A DNA stretch of 64,000 bases, from NCBI GenBank assembly GCA_963727775.1, contig CAVSHB010000001.1, forward strand, positions 992,001 through 1,056,000, given 5' to 3'. This document shows, one piece after another, positions 23,066 through 33,432 of the stretch (positions within the stretch are counted from its first letter, which is position 1; each line of letters starts with the position of its first letter). This DNA is from an uncultured Nitrospiraceae bacterium. Lineage in GTDB: Bacteria; Nitrospirota; Thermodesulfovibrionia; Thermodesulfovibrionales; SM23-35. The notes below the pieces were generated by a model. It was not told the origin of the DNA. It did no database searches and was given only the letters and a program-made list of their open reading frames with translations. The translations under genes were made by a program, and so were the position numbers.

Positions 23066-24049
23066 TCAGACGATTTCAGGACCACCGGTTTCTTTGTAAA
23101 TAAGTTCAGGTTTTTTGATCAATACCCTGGTGTCGGGCGGAACAGACTCTGTAATCCAGACGTTCCCACCTATTACCGAACGGGCGCCGATTATTGTCTC
23201 TCCTCCCAGGATCGTTACCCCGGCATAGACGATCACATCGTCTTCGATGGTCGGATGGCGCTTTTTATTCCTGAGCAGTTCACCTGCGTCTTTAGGCAAA
23301 GACAGCGCCCCCAGTGTCACTCCCTGGTAAAGTCTTACGCGGTTTCCGATTTCAGTTGTTTCCCCTATAACGACGCCGGTGCCGTGATCGATGAAAAAAC
23401 TTTTGCCGATCCGCGCACCGGGATGGATATCTATCCCGGTCATGCTGTGGGCATATTCGGTCATGATGCGGGGGATCAATGATATGCCCGTCTCATAAAG
23501 GAAGTGCGCCATTCTGTAAACGGTTATTGCAAAAAGGCCGGGATAGCTGAATATTATTTCATCATAACTTTTGGCGGCAGGGTCTCCATCGTAGGCCGCG
23601 CGGACGTCCGTGCCGAGGACCGTCCTTAACGGTGGAAACTCACCTAAAAAATTTATGGCGATTTCCTGGCCGAGTTCTTCGCAATTTTTACAGGTCAGTT
23701 TACGGCGGAGACATTCATGGCGCAATGCGAGGGTTATCTGCTCGGACATGGAATTAAAAAGCACTGTGATTTCCTGCCCCAGGTAATAATTAAGATTCAC
23801 GGAATCAATGCGCGCACGGGTGAAGTAGCCCGGATAGAGTACCCGCAATGCGGTATGGATTATGTCGATAATGGATTCCCTGGATGGGATCGGTTCCGCA
23901 TCAACGTGATCAAAGCAATCTTCCTTGCGACAGGACCCGACAAGATGGTCTACGATATCAGGGATATTCTTGCGATGCTGTCTGACGGTTTCAGTGTCGA
24001 TCTTGCAGAGCTCCCTAAATTTATCCAATTCGTCCATTTCATCCCTCAT
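23066..24049 (-). CDS. cysE: Serine O-acetyltransferase (long EpsC-like form)
   Basis: GDPAA, TGIDIHPGA, IDHGTGVVIGET, KRHPT; directly upstream of cysK. Confidence 0.93.
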   Translation of the reverse strand: MRDEMDELDKFRELCKIDTETVRQHRKNIPDIVDHLVGSCRKEDCFDHVDAEPIPSRESIIDIIHTALRVLYPGYFTRARIDSVNLNYYLGQEITVLFNSMSEQITLALRHECLRRKLTCKNCEELGQEIAINFLGEFPPLRTVLGTDVRAAYDGDPAAKSYDEIIFSYPGLFAITVYRMAHFLYETGISLIPRIMTEYAHSMTGIDIHPGARIGKSFFIDHGTGVVIGETTEIGNRVRLYQGVTLGALSLPKDAGELLRNKKRHPTIEDDVIVYAGVTILGGETIIGARSVIGGNVWITESVPPDTRVLIKKPELIYKETGGPEIV

Positions 24050-24169
24050 CCTTTCAGGGACGCGACTTTCTCTAATAAAACAAACAATCCCTTGTTTTTT
24101 ATTTTATCGCATCTACATCTAAGGTACAATAGTAAGATCTGAAATATTTTGATTGGGATAGAGTCCGCT

Positions 24170-25774
24170 ATGAATAAATATCTCGTTATTGTAATTATCG
24201 CCGCTGTTGTTGTGTCCTTTTTCGGGCTCGAGTCAGTGACGCTCTTTGATGTGGATGAAGCTGTTTTTGCCGAGGCAACAAAAGAAATGGTTGAAAGCGA
24301 CAACTGGCTGACACCCACATACAATGGAGAAAACCGCTATGACAAACCCATTTTATTTTATTGGGCAATGGCGGTTTCCTATGAGCTTTTCGAAATCAAT
24401 GAATTTGCCGCAAGACTTCCCTCTGCGATTTCAGGCATCTTGCTATCTTTGGCTATGTTTTTTTTTGTAAGGCAATTCTACGATGAGAAAAAGGCTTGTT
24501 ATGCTTCAATTTCATTCATTCTTTCTGCCTATTTCCTTATTTATTCTCATGCAGCGGTTACCGATATGTTGCTGACACTTTTTATAACGTTGTCTCTGTT
24601 TTCGTTTTATCTCTCGCTGAAGAAGGACAGGACCTATATTTGGGGTCTCTATATATTTTCAGCCCTGGCTTTTCTGACAAAGGGACTGATAGGAATAATT
24701 TTTCCTTTCGGTATCGTGTCTGTTTATTTATTTGTTACAGAAGGGTTTAAGGGGCTTAAACATGGATTCAGCTTAAGTGGGATTGTTCTTTTTTCCATTA
24801 TTTCTTTGCCGTGGTATGTTGCGCAATTTATGGTAAACGGCCAGGAATTTATACTGCAATTTTTTATAAAACACCAATTCATGAGATATATGGGAGTTAT
24901 ATCCGGGCATACAGGGCCTTTGTATTATTATATGCCTGTGTTAATTTTGGGGCTTTTCCCCTGGATTTTCTTTTTGCCGGCCGGGATTATGAATATATTA
25001 AAAAATTTCAGGTCCCCGATGCATTACAAAGATGTCGGCACTTTTAGCGACAATCTCGGTTTATTTGCATGTATATGGTTTGCTTTTATATTAATATTCT
25101 TTTCGTTATCAACAACCAAACTCCCAAATTATATCCTTCCCGCTATACCTTCTCTGTCAATCCTTATTTCAGGGGGCATGTTTGCGAATGAAGGGTTTTT
25201 TGTAAACAAACAAATACAGCGTATGATCGCCGGCTGGAAAAGATATGCAAACATCCTGATCGCCTGCTCCGCAGGAACGGCCGGCGCTGCAATTTTGATC
25301 TCTGAAGATTATCTGTCAAAATCGGGCTTTTCTGATTCCAGCCTGCTCTACGGTTTGGTAGTTGCCATGTTTGCATTAGCTTTGCTGAATATCTACGCGC
25401 TGTTTTCCAAAAAAAGGCTCTACGAATATACGGCAATATGTATTGCGGCATTTCTTTTTTTATTTTCAATAAAGGCGATTCCTCTTGCGAATCAGTATCT
25501 TCAGGGCACACTCCACAAGTACAGTTTGTATGCAAAGAACAGATTGGGCGGCGACGAGAGGATAGTTGCCTACAAAATAAATAACCCCAGCATCCTTTTT
25601 TATTCCTGCCATAAAATTATAGACATTGCCTATAAGGAAGATTTATCACCGCTTACAGGCAAGGGCGGGGAAATATTGGCTATAATAAAAACAGAAGACA
25701 TTAATGATTTAAAAGAATGCGGATTCAATTTGTTGGAAAAGGACGAGAAATATGCGTTACTTGAAAGAAAATAA
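24170..25774 (+). CDS. ArnT/PMT-like (GT83/GT39) membrane glycosyltransferase
   Basis: DVDEAVFAEATKEM, DKPILFYW, ARLPSA, LTKG, KLPNYILP; many TMs. ATG 24170 preferred over 24149. Confidence 0.88.
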   Translation: MNKYLVIVIIAAVVVSFFGLESVTLFDVDEAVFAEATKEMVESDNWLTPTYNGENRYDKPILFYWAMAVSYELFEINEFAARLPSAISGILLSLAMFFFVRQFYDEKKACYASISFILSAYFLIYSHAAVTDMLLTLFITLSLFSFYLSLKKDRTYIWGLYIFSALAFLTKGLIGIIFPFGIVSVYLFVTEGFKGLKHGFSLSGIVLFSIISLPWYVAQFMVNGQEFILQFFIKHQFMRYMGVISGHTGPLYYYMPVLILGLFPWIFFLPAGIMNILKNFRSPMHYKDVGTFSDNLGLFACIWFAFILIFFSLSTTKLPNYILPAIPSLSILISGGMFANEGFFVNKQIQRMIAGWKRYANILIACSAGTAGAAILISEDYLSKSGFSDSSLLYGLVVAMFALALLNIYALFSKKRLYEYTAICIAAFLFLFSIKAIPLANQYLQGTLHKYSLYAKNRLGGDERIVAYKINNPSILFYSCHKIIDIAYKEDLSPLTGKGGEILAIIKTEDINDLKECGFNLLEKDEKYALLERK

Positions 25775-26396
25775 AAAAATGGTCTGCCTGGCGGTCATAC
25801 TGCCGGTATTTCTTTTTTACCTTGATAAGATGATAATTGTATGGTTGAAATATTTTCACTCAAAACCCGGCGAAATTAATATTGTACTCACATCTATCGA
25901 CCCCTGTGTGAATTTTATTGCACATGGCGCAACGCTTATCACAGGTGCATTTTTACTTTATATATTCGGCAAAATATATTCCAGAAAAGTACAGATTGCA
26001 GGCGGTTCTTTATTGATGGGGCTTCTATCTACCGGCATTATAGTCCAGGTCATGAAGCATTTTATAGGAAGGGCGCGGCCGAGACTGACTGATAATCTTA
26101 TTTTTATAGGACCGTCATTCAAAGACGGCTATGATTCTTTCCCTTCGGGACATACCGCCCTGATGTTCTGCTTAGCGCATATCCTTTCCCGCTATTTTCC
26201 CAGGTATCGTCTTATGTTCTATCTGTCCGCATTGATTGTCGCGTTTGAAAGGGTGGAGGATTTAGCCCATTTCCCTTCCGATATCCTGGCGGGAGCGCTT
26301 ATCGGCACTTTGATAGCAAAATTGTTATTAGTGAAAATAGTTTGTATTGCAGATTCACCTTCTCCCGGAAATCCCAAAGAACTTATAGATAGTTGA
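25752..26396 (+). CDS. PAP2 family phosphatase (LpxE/LpxF or undecaprenyl-PP phosphatase-like)
   Basis: KxxxGRARP, SFPSGH, R....HFPSD motifs. Confidence 0.88.
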   Translation: MRYLKENKKMVCLAVILPVFLFYLDKMIIVWLKYFHSKPGEINIVLTSIDPCVNFIAHGATLITGAFLLYIFGKIYSRKVQIAGGSLLMGLLSTGIIVQVMKHFIGRARPRLTDNLIFIGPSFKDGYDSFPSGHTALMFCLAHILSRYFPRYRLMFYLSALIVAFERVEDLAHFPSDILAGALIGTLIAKLLLVKIVCIADSPSPGNPKELIDS

Positions 26397-26465
26397 TTAT
26401 TTTTTATAAATAATGTATAAAATAACCAGTAGTTGTTTTATTAGTGTCCACAGTGAGGGGCCCCG

Positions 26466-26696
26466 ATGTCTTATCAAATTAGTGATGGGACTAAAAAGCA
26501 GACACTCCGGTGCACACATTGCTTCCAGTGTTTAGATGACTGCTGCAATGTGTGCCCGATTTCAAAGAGCCTTGAAAGCACCCTCATTATTAAAGGTTCG
26601 AAGCATCTTTTCTGTTCTTACTTCCTCTCATATGGGAACATACTCTTCTGCCTCTGCCCCACAAGACACGAACTGTACGACCGATACGGCATATAA
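26466..26696 (+). CDS. Small Cys-rich hypothetical protein
   Basis: CTHCFQC...C...CSYFLSYG...CLCPTR; GAGGGG RBS. Confidence 0.7.
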   Translation: MSYQISDGTKKQTLRCTHCFQCLDDCCNVCPISKSLESTLIIKGSKHLFCSYFLSYGNILFCLCPTRHELYDRYGI

Positions 26697-26890
26697 CCTA
26701 TAAACTTTACTGTAGTTTATTGAGGTGGACAGGAAAGCTGACCGATCAAAGTTTGATGATGCTCCATAATAAGTAGATTTATGCCGGACATTTGAAAGCA
26801 AAATCATAATAGGATAGAATAATGGGACAAGTTCGATTTCAGCATAGAGTTATAGTGGTTCTTTTATAAGTACTTTAATAATCGAGGAGG

Positions 26891-27244
26891 GTGGAAATGA
26901 GGAAAATTGTAATCCTGCTTATATCATGTTTTTTTCTTTTAAACACAAATGCTGCGTTGGCTGATGATTTTGACGAGGGGTTGGTGACCGTAGGAGACCT
27001 TGCTATTTCGCGGCCTTTGGGGATTGTTGCTACTGTAATCGGCGGTGCGGTATTTATTACGTCCTTACCGTTCTCTTTGCCCAGTGGAAGTGTAAAGAAT
27101 ACCGCGGATACACTTATAGGCGAGCCGTTCCGGTTTACTTTTAAAAGACCCCTTGGGGATTATAGACATTATAGTTCCGATAGCGGATCATCCGATAAAA
27201 AACAGAAACGCCAGAGTAATTCAGAAAACTCTTCCGGAAAGTAA
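26891..27244 (+). CDS. Small secreted/membrane hypothetical protein
   Basis: Signal peptide, DLAISRPLG..hydrophobic..SLPF, FTFKRPLG; GAGGAGG RBS. Confidence 0.75.
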   Translation: MEMRKIVILLISCFFLLNTNAALADDFDEGLVTVGDLAISRPLGIVATVIGGAVFITSLPFSLPSGSVKNTADTLIGEPFRFTFKRPLGDYRHYSSDSGSSDKKQKRQSNSENSSGK

Positions 27245-27262
27245 AAGCTGCGTATATAAAAA

Positions 27263-27284
27263 GGGCGAGATATTTATCTCGCCC
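27263..27284. terminator. Hairpin between convergent genes, probable intrinsic terminator
   Basis: GGGCGAGATA-TT-TATCTCGCCC with an A-run to the left and a T-run to the right. Confidence 0.65.
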
Positions 27285-27333
27285 CATGTTTTGCCGCCCT
27301 GATAATTCAGGCGTTTCAATGCCTGTCAGAAGA

Positions 27334-28614
27334 TCAAAACTTCCATGCATAACCTATAGAAAATTCCCATTGGTTCATAGTGAGTTTGATCGTCTGCTGG
27401 CCGGGAATATCAAGCGGATTAGGTCCTGTAACACTATGGCTGAATGCGCGCACTATTGCCAGTTTCAGTTCACTGTTGCCGAAAGCCTTGGTGACGCCCA
27501 CAGTAGCATGCTGCTTGACGACACCCGGCGCAAGGATGTTAAAAAGCACCTCACTATTGGGGACCGGCTGATCTCCGGTTGAATAACCGGCCCGCCATGT
27601 CCAATCCTTGCTGCTCTTCCACTGTACTCCCAATTTGAGGACAGTAACATCATCCCAGCCGAAGCCAGCCCCATTGTCTTTCCCGAGAGCACTCGTTTGA
27701 ATATTCGGCAGCAATGGATTATTTATAGATTTAACATCACTGTAATAAATCTCCTGCACATCTACCAGGAACGTCAGGTCCGGAGTGGCTTTAATTGCCA
27801 CTCCAATGGTCCATGTCGGAGGGATGTCAAACCCGCCTTGCTCGGCAAACAGGCCTGCATACTTGTCAAGTCTGTTCATAAGGATTTTCGTCTGGTACGA
27901 TGCTCCTATGTTCAAGAAAGGAAGGACCTCTCCAAAATAGCCTATTCTAGCGCCGTACCCGACTGACCCATTGTGCTCTCTGTTTGTCAGATTATTGGGA
28001 TCGCTTGAAAATGCTGAAAACGCCTCAAGTCCTGTTGCGGCAAAGCGTTGGTATGCAAAAATCGGGGAAATACCGATCGAGTGGTTAGGCGCAAGTTTTC
28101 TGGTGTAAGTGGGTGTGATAAACAACTGCGTTAGGTCTACACCGGTCGGCGTGGACCCGTAAAAGGTATTAGTATGATAATCGGTATTCATGCCGCCGTT
28201 TCCGAAGATTGATATGCCCAAAGTGTCTTTGTCGCTCAATTGCCAGTTGACCCCGATAGAAGGAATAAAAAACCACTGCCTATGGCTTTTCTCTTCCCCG
28301 GGAGTCAACCCAAAAGTGCCGGGTAGTCCTGACGGGCTTCCCTCTACCGAATATTTTCTGTTGGGGTTAAAAAAAGACAGTGCGACATCGAGACGGTTAC
28401 CGACGAATGCCATTTCAGCAGGGTTAATGGATGCGTCAAGAGACCCCTGAGGCAGAGCCACGCCTGCGCCACCCAGACTTTGGCTTTCAATGCTAAAGCC
28501 ATTGGAAAAATAACCGTTTGTAGCATAGGCATTACCGGCGGCAAACCCTGATAGAATCAACAGAGATAACAAAAATAATAAATGCTTTAAAAGAATACAT
28601 TTTCTCCTTTTCAT
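27334..28614 (-). CDS. FadL/OmpP1/TodX family outer membrane transporter
   Basis: Signal peptide, ATNGYF..GGAGVA, NPA hatch motif, GNGGMNT, terminal aromatic strand YAWKF. Confidence 0.9.
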   Translation of the reverse strand: MKRRKCILLKHLLFLLSLLILSGFAAGNAYATNGYFSNGFSIESQSLGGAGVALPQGSLDASINPAEMAFVGNRLDVALSFFNPNRKYSVEGSPSGLPGTFGLTPGEEKSHRQWFFIPSIGVNWQLSDKDTLGISIFGNGGMNTDYHTNTFYGSTPTGVDLTQLFITPTYTRKLAPNHSIGISPIFAYQRFAATGLEAFSAFSSDPNNLTNREHNGSVGYGARIGYFGEVLPFLNIGASYQTKILMNRLDKYAGLFAEQGGFDIPPTWTIGVAIKATPDLTFLVDVQEIYYSDVKSINNPLLPNIQTSALGKDNGAGFGWDDVTVLKLGVQWKSSKDWTWRAGYSTGDQPVPNSEVLFNILAPGVVKQHATVGVTKAFGNSELKLAIVRAFSHSVTGPNPLDIPGQQTIKLTMNQWEFSIGYAWKF

Positions 28615-28637
28615 CGCATTCCCTCCTTTTCTTAAAA

Positions 28638-29090
28638 CTATGTGAACAAGCAGATGTTACAATCTTTGGCGTACTTCAGGAATTCCTCTGCAGCCTGTAT
28701 TTGGACCCCCTCGATGAAATCATCCTGAGTAAAGCCCATCATGTCTATCGTCATTTTGCAGGCTATGAATTTTACCCCCTCACACTGCGCCATTTCCTGA
28801 AGATCGCCCAGACATGGTACGTGGGCTTTTTTGATTTTCGACTTCATCATCCATGTGGCAATAGCCGACATACCGGGAATAGCTCCCATAAATCCGGGAG
28901 GTTGAAATTTTGCTTTTTCAGCCCAGCCTTTACGGATTACGTTAATGCCCATAAAGGTATAAAAAACGCTTGTTTCCATGCCTAACCGTACTGAGTTGAT
29001 GCCTAAAACCAGACCGGGATACGCGCCGTCAAGAGTATCCCTTGACGTAATGAACGCTGCTGATTCTTTTTTATTTTCCGCTCTGTTCAT
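28638..29090 (-). CDS. DsrE2/DrsE-like sulfur carrier
   Basis: TLDGAYP, FYTFMG, conserved ACKMTIDMMG cysteine. Confidence 0.85.
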   Translation of the reverse strand: MNRAENKKESAAFITSRDTLDGAYPGLVLGINSVRLGMETSVFYTFMGINVIRKGWAEKAKFQPPGFMGAIPGMSAIATWMMKSKIKKAHVPCLGDLQEMAQCEGVKFIACKMTIDMMGFTQDDFIEGVQIQAAEEFLKYAKDCNICLFT

Positions 29091-29373
29091 TTACCTCTCC
29101 TTTCTTGATTGATTAGATACTTTTAAATCTAAGCGTAGCAGATATATAAAAATTGTCAACGTTTCACGTTTCCCTATGCGCAATTTGGTAGCATAATTAG
29201 AGACATAATATTCAGAGGTGAAAAGATGAGCATATTGCAATAAGTATTCAGTTGATAGCATTGATTATAATTATCCCGGTCAACGGAGATCAAATAAGGG
29301 ATGTCCAATTGATTTAATATATAGATGTAACTATTTCTTTTCGTATTTTGTAGTATAATTTTAAAATAAGGCA

Positions 29374-30066
29374 ATGAGACATTCCCTGAAATTACTGCAT
29401 ATGTTCTCCTTCATAGTAAGCTTGTTATTATATCAAGCAGTTTTCCCACTGCCCAAGTTATCTGCTGCAAGTAACAACACGATGACTTTCCCACAAGGAA
29501 ATGAAACGTACCCTCAAGAAGAAAAGATTCATCTTAGATGGAAAAATCTCGGAGAGGGAGTTACCTATCAATTTCAAATGGCCAAGGACAGGGATTTTCA
29601 AAAAATAATAATTGAAAAGATATGCGAAAAATCCGAAATTACCTTCCCTCAGCCGGATGTATCAGGACTGTACTATGTACGTACAAGACCTACATATCCG
29701 GATGGCAGAATAGGTAAATTTTCCTCGGTACAGAGCTATGAGATAAGCTTAAAACTTCAGCCTCCAATCATAACCTTTCCCAAGGAGATTTCAGAATTCA
29801 GAGGGATACATGATATTACTTTCTCATGGCAGTCTGTCCCGGGTGCGGCAGGCTATCATTTTATGCTTGCGAGAGACAGGGCCTTCAAACGCATAATCCG
29901 CGAAATTGCCAAAGCAGACGGTAATTCCCTATTTATTACGCATCTCGATTATGGGATTTACTATCTCAAAGTCAACTCGGTTGCAAATGACGGGACAGAA
30001 GGTCCATTTTCAGACACGGTATCCTTTGTTATTACACTCCCTCCCCCTGAGGGAGATTATTATTAG
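29374..30066 (+). CDS. Secreted protein with two FN3-like domains
   Basis: Signal peptide; W...Y.FQMAKDRDF and GxYYxRV patterns resembling the C-terminus of the next gene. Confidence 0.75.
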   Translation: MRHSLKLLHMFSFIVSLLLYQAVFPLPKLSAASNNTMTFPQGNETYPQEEKIHLRWKNLGEGVTYQFQMAKDRDFQKIIIEKICEKSEITFPQPDVSGLYYVRTRPTYPDGRIGKFSSVQSYEISLKLQPPIITFPKEISEFRGIHDITFSWQSVPGAAGYHFMLARDRAFKRIIREIAKADGNSLFITHLDYGIYYLKVNSVANDGTEGPFSDTVSFVITLPPPEGDYY

Positions 30067-30130
30067 CTTAGCTTTTATTTTGCGCATTTTTGTACTGAAA
30101 AAGAATCCATAAAGAAAGAGGAAGATAGAA

Positions 30131-31471
30131 ATGCCTAAAAAAACTTTTTCGTTTCTTTTATCTTGTATTCTTTTCTCCTTTATCTGTGTATCTGCGTTTG
30201 CGTATGATGAACCATCTGTGAAAATAGTAGTGCAAAAGGACGATAATCTCATCAATCTTGGGGAAAAGTATCTTGAAGATCCTCATAAATGGAGGGAAGT
30301 TGCGAAAATCAACAGGATACAAAATCCGGATTTAATTTATCCTGGTCAGGTCGTACTCTTCCCCTTAAGTCTTTTAAAAGGGGCGCCTTCTTATGGTGTA
30401 GTTAGTTTTGTAAAAGGCAAAGTGGAGTTTCAGTCAGAAGGGAGTAAAGAATGGAGAACTTTTCACCTAAATGATCGCGTTACAGAGGGAACGGGGATAA
30501 GGACAAGCGATGACAGTGCAGTTGAGATTATTTTTGAAGATGGGCATTCTTCTTTTCTTCAGAGTTCAAATACGACTTTAGGCCTGTCTGCTGCCCAAAA
30601 AAAGGAAGGTAATCATACAATATATAAATTGTTTCTAAAGACTGGAAGGGCCATCACAAAAATAAAAGGCGCTACCGGAAGGGAGTCACGGTTTGAGATA
30701 GAAACTCCCTCTTCCATATGTGCAGCTAGAGGTACAGTTTTCAGGACTGCGGTCGATTCGACTGATTCTACACGATCTGAAGTGCTAAAGGGTATTGTGG
30801 ACGTTGAAGCAATGCACCAGATAGCTAAACTACAGGAAGGTGAAGGAACGCTTGTCAGAAAAGGTGAGCCACCCATGGAGCCGAAAAAACTTCTCTCCCC
30901 CCCTGTGCTGATGAATTTTATGCCGATATATAAAACTATCCCGCTTCATTTTGAATTCGGAGGGGCAGAGGGTGCCGTCTCTAATAGAGTTATGTTCGCG
31001 AAAGACAGCGACTTTAAGGATATCCTGAAGGAGCAGATCATAAAACCTTCCGAGCCTTTTAAAATCTATGATATAGATGATGGCACGTATTTTTTACAGA
31101 GTCGGAGCATAGACGATTTGGGAATTGAGGGATTACCTTCAGAAACGTCTATAATCAAGGTAAGAATGAATCCAATGCCGCCCTTTATTGAATCGCCTGT
31201 TGATAAAACCGTATACATGGGGAAATCTCTGAAATTAAGATGGTTAAGAGTTAATGATGCAGTGCGATATCATGTGCAAATCGCTGAGGATAAAGAGTTT
31301 AGTAAAATAATTGAAACTCGTACTGATATAAAGGATTTAGAGTATGAACCGGAACACCTTGATTTTAAGACCTATTATTTTAGAATTAGTTCAATCGCAA
31401 AAGATGATTATCAGGGTGAGTGGTCCGATATTCTGAGCTTTACTATTGCGCCTCTGACCTCAATATTGTGA
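30131..31471 (+). CDS. LysM-FecR-FN3 periplasmic protein
   Basis: Signal peptide; LysM (VQKDDNL..NPDLIYPGQ); FecR (TPSSICAARGTVF); two FN3-like domains. Confidence 0.85.
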   Translation: MPKKTFSFLLSCILFSFICVSAFAYDEPSVKIVVQKDDNLINLGEKYLEDPHKWREVAKINRIQNPDLIYPGQVVLFPLSLLKGAPSYGVVSFVKGKVEFQSEGSKEWRTFHLNDRVTEGTGIRTSDDSAVEIIFEDGHSSFLQSSNTTLGLSAAQKKEGNHTIYKLFLKTGRAITKIKGATGRESRFEIETPSSICAARGTVFRTAVDSTDSTRSEVLKGIVDVEAMHQIAKLQEGEGTLVRKGEPPMEPKKLLSPPVLMNFMPIYKTIPLHFEFGGAEGAVSNRVMFAKDSDFKDILKEQIIKPSEPFKIYDIDDGTYFLQSRSIDDLGIEGLPSETSIIKVRMNPMPPFIESPVDKTVYMGKSLKLRWLRVNDAVRYHVQIAEDKEFSKIIETRTDIKDLEYEPEHLDFKTYYFRISSIAKDDYQGEWSDILSFTIAPLTSIL

Positions 31472-33396
31472 TCCCGGCGTATATCAAAAGAACCGGTTTT
31501 GTCCTGATAATTCTCACCGGTATCCTCCTCATTTTTTTTTCGGACTATCTCGGTTTCTTTGAAGGGATTGATGCGTATGTTTATGATATGTTTTTTAGAA
31601 TCAGGGGTAGTCACAAACCTTCCGACAAAATCGTGATCGCCGCAATAGATGAAAAATCTCTTGAACAACTTGGGAGATGGCCTTTCAAAAGGATTTACTA
31701 CGCAAGGCTCCTCGATAAGATGCAGCAAGCTGCGGTTGTAGGTTTTGACATAATTCTGACCGAACCGTCAGACGATGATGTCATCCTTGCAAAAGCTATA
31801 AAAAGATACGGCAGGGTCATATTACCTCTGTACATCGACCGCACATTGACTATGGCAAAACCGTCAGAATTATTGTCTGCATACGGGACCGGCCATGTTC
31901 ATATCGAACAGGGCATTGATAATGTTGCAAGAGAGGTATTTCATACCCTTTATTATAAGGATGTCCAATTGTATTCATTGACATCAGTTATGTATGAAAT
32001 CATGACCCATAGGTCGTTCAACCGCCAGAAAATGTCGGCTAAAACTCAAGAGATGACTTCAACCCGCATATTCCAAATGGATCCCTTAAAGATCAATTAT
32101 TACGGTAATCCCGGAACATTTCAGTATATTTCAATGTCTGACGTAATCGATGGAAAATATCCTCCAACCTTTTTCAGCGGCAAAGCTGTTCTGGTCGGAC
32201 TAACAGCGCCGGGCATTGTTGATATGGTATCGACCCCGTTCAGTCGGCAGAGAAACAAAATGCCCGGAGTGGAAGTCCATGCAAATATACTGAATAACCT
32301 TATTGATGGGAACTCAATTCAGGACATAAAAGAATGGATACGGTGGATTTCCGCAATTGTTTTTTCCGTCATCTGCTTTTTATTTTTCATAAAGCTCGGT
32401 GAAAAAAAAGCTGCCCTTTTGTTGATACTTGGCTTTCTTATCATAACAGTCTCGGCATTTTCCCTTTTTACAACTTTCAATCTGTGGACGGGCCCTGCGC
32501 TTTTTTACTTTTCAGTCATTTATATCTATATGGCTACCTATATTCTGAGACTGGATGAAGCAGCAAAAGAACTTGATATAAAATATTCATCAGTCACCGG
32601 TCTTCTTGGAGGGTATTCAGATCAACCTCCACAAAAAGTGCCTGCCGATGGACTTGTCGGCTTTCTCTCCCTGGGAGGAATAAATGTAAAAATACAAAAA
32701 CTCATATGGGTGGAGCATCAATATGAAAAACAGCTTGAAAATACCGTACAGCAAAAGACAAAGGAACTGTCACATGCCCTGTCAATGATCAGCAATATGA
32801 GTGCAGAGATGATTATGCGATTGACAGCTGCCGCTGAATCAAAGGACAAACATACAGGGAAACATATATCACGGATAGGGCTTTATGCAAACAGGCTTGC
32901 AGAGAAGATGGAAATGCCTTCAGATTTTATCGAAAAAATCACTTTAGCAAGCGCAATGCACGATATAGGGAAAATCGGTATACCCGATGAAATACTTTTA
33001 AAGCCGGGATATCTCACAGAGGAAGAGTTTGAAATTATAAAACGCCACACGATAATCGGCTCAAAGATTCTCTCCGGATCAGCATATCCGATGATACAGA
33101 TTTCTGCCACAATCGCACTCTATCATCACGAAAGATGGGATGGAACAGGATACCCGAAAAGTTTAAAAGGACAGGATATACCCCTCGAAGCAAGAATAAT
33201 CATGATCTGTGATATTTACGATGCACTGCGGAGTCCCCGGCCATATAAACCTGCTTTTGATCATCAAACAACTTTTCAAATAATCACGAAGGGCAATGTC
33301 AAGACTATACCTGACCACTTCGACCCGGATGTATTACATGCATTCATTCAGATCGCCCCAATATTTGATGACATATTTAATAAGCATTCTGGTTGA
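31468..33396 (+). CDS. CHASE2 sensor with HD-GYP c-di-GMP phosphodiesterase
   Basis: IDEKSL..GRWP, GVEVHAN, 3 TMs, HDIGKIG, HHERWDGTGYP. GTG start overlaps the upstream TGA (ORF track start 31420). Confidence 0.92.
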   Translation: MIPAYIKRTGFVLIILTGILLIFFSDYLGFFEGIDAYVYDMFFRIRGSHKPSDKIVIAAIDEKSLEQLGRWPFKRIYYARLLDKMQQAAVVGFDIILTEPSDDDVILAKAIKRYGRVILPLYIDRTLTMAKPSELLSAYGTGHVHIEQGIDNVAREVFHTLYYKDVQLYSLTSVMYEIMTHRSFNRQKMSAKTQEMTSTRIFQMDPLKINYYGNPGTFQYISMSDVIDGKYPPTFFSGKAVLVGLTAPGIVDMVSTPFSRQRNKMPGVEVHANILNNLIDGNSIQDIKEWIRWISAIVFSVICFLFFIKLGEKKAALLLILGFLIITVSAFSLFTTFNLWTGPALFYFSVIYIYMATYILRLDEAAKELDIKYSSVTGLLGGYSDQPPQKVPADGLVGFLSLGGINVKIQKLIWVEHQYEKQLENTVQQKTKELSHALSMISNMSAEMIMRLTAAAESKDKHTGKHISRIGLYANRLAEKMEMPSDFIEKITLASAMHDIGKIGIPDEILLKPGYLTEEEFEIIKRHTIIGSKILSGSAYPMIQISATIALYHHERWDGTGYPKSLKGQDIPLEARIIMICDIYDALRSPRPYKPAFDHQTTFQIITKGNVKTIPDHFDPDVLHAFIQIAPIFDDIFNKHSG

Positions 33397-33432
33397 ACGG
33401 ATTCCCCAAAAACGCCAGTTTACGGCAATGCT

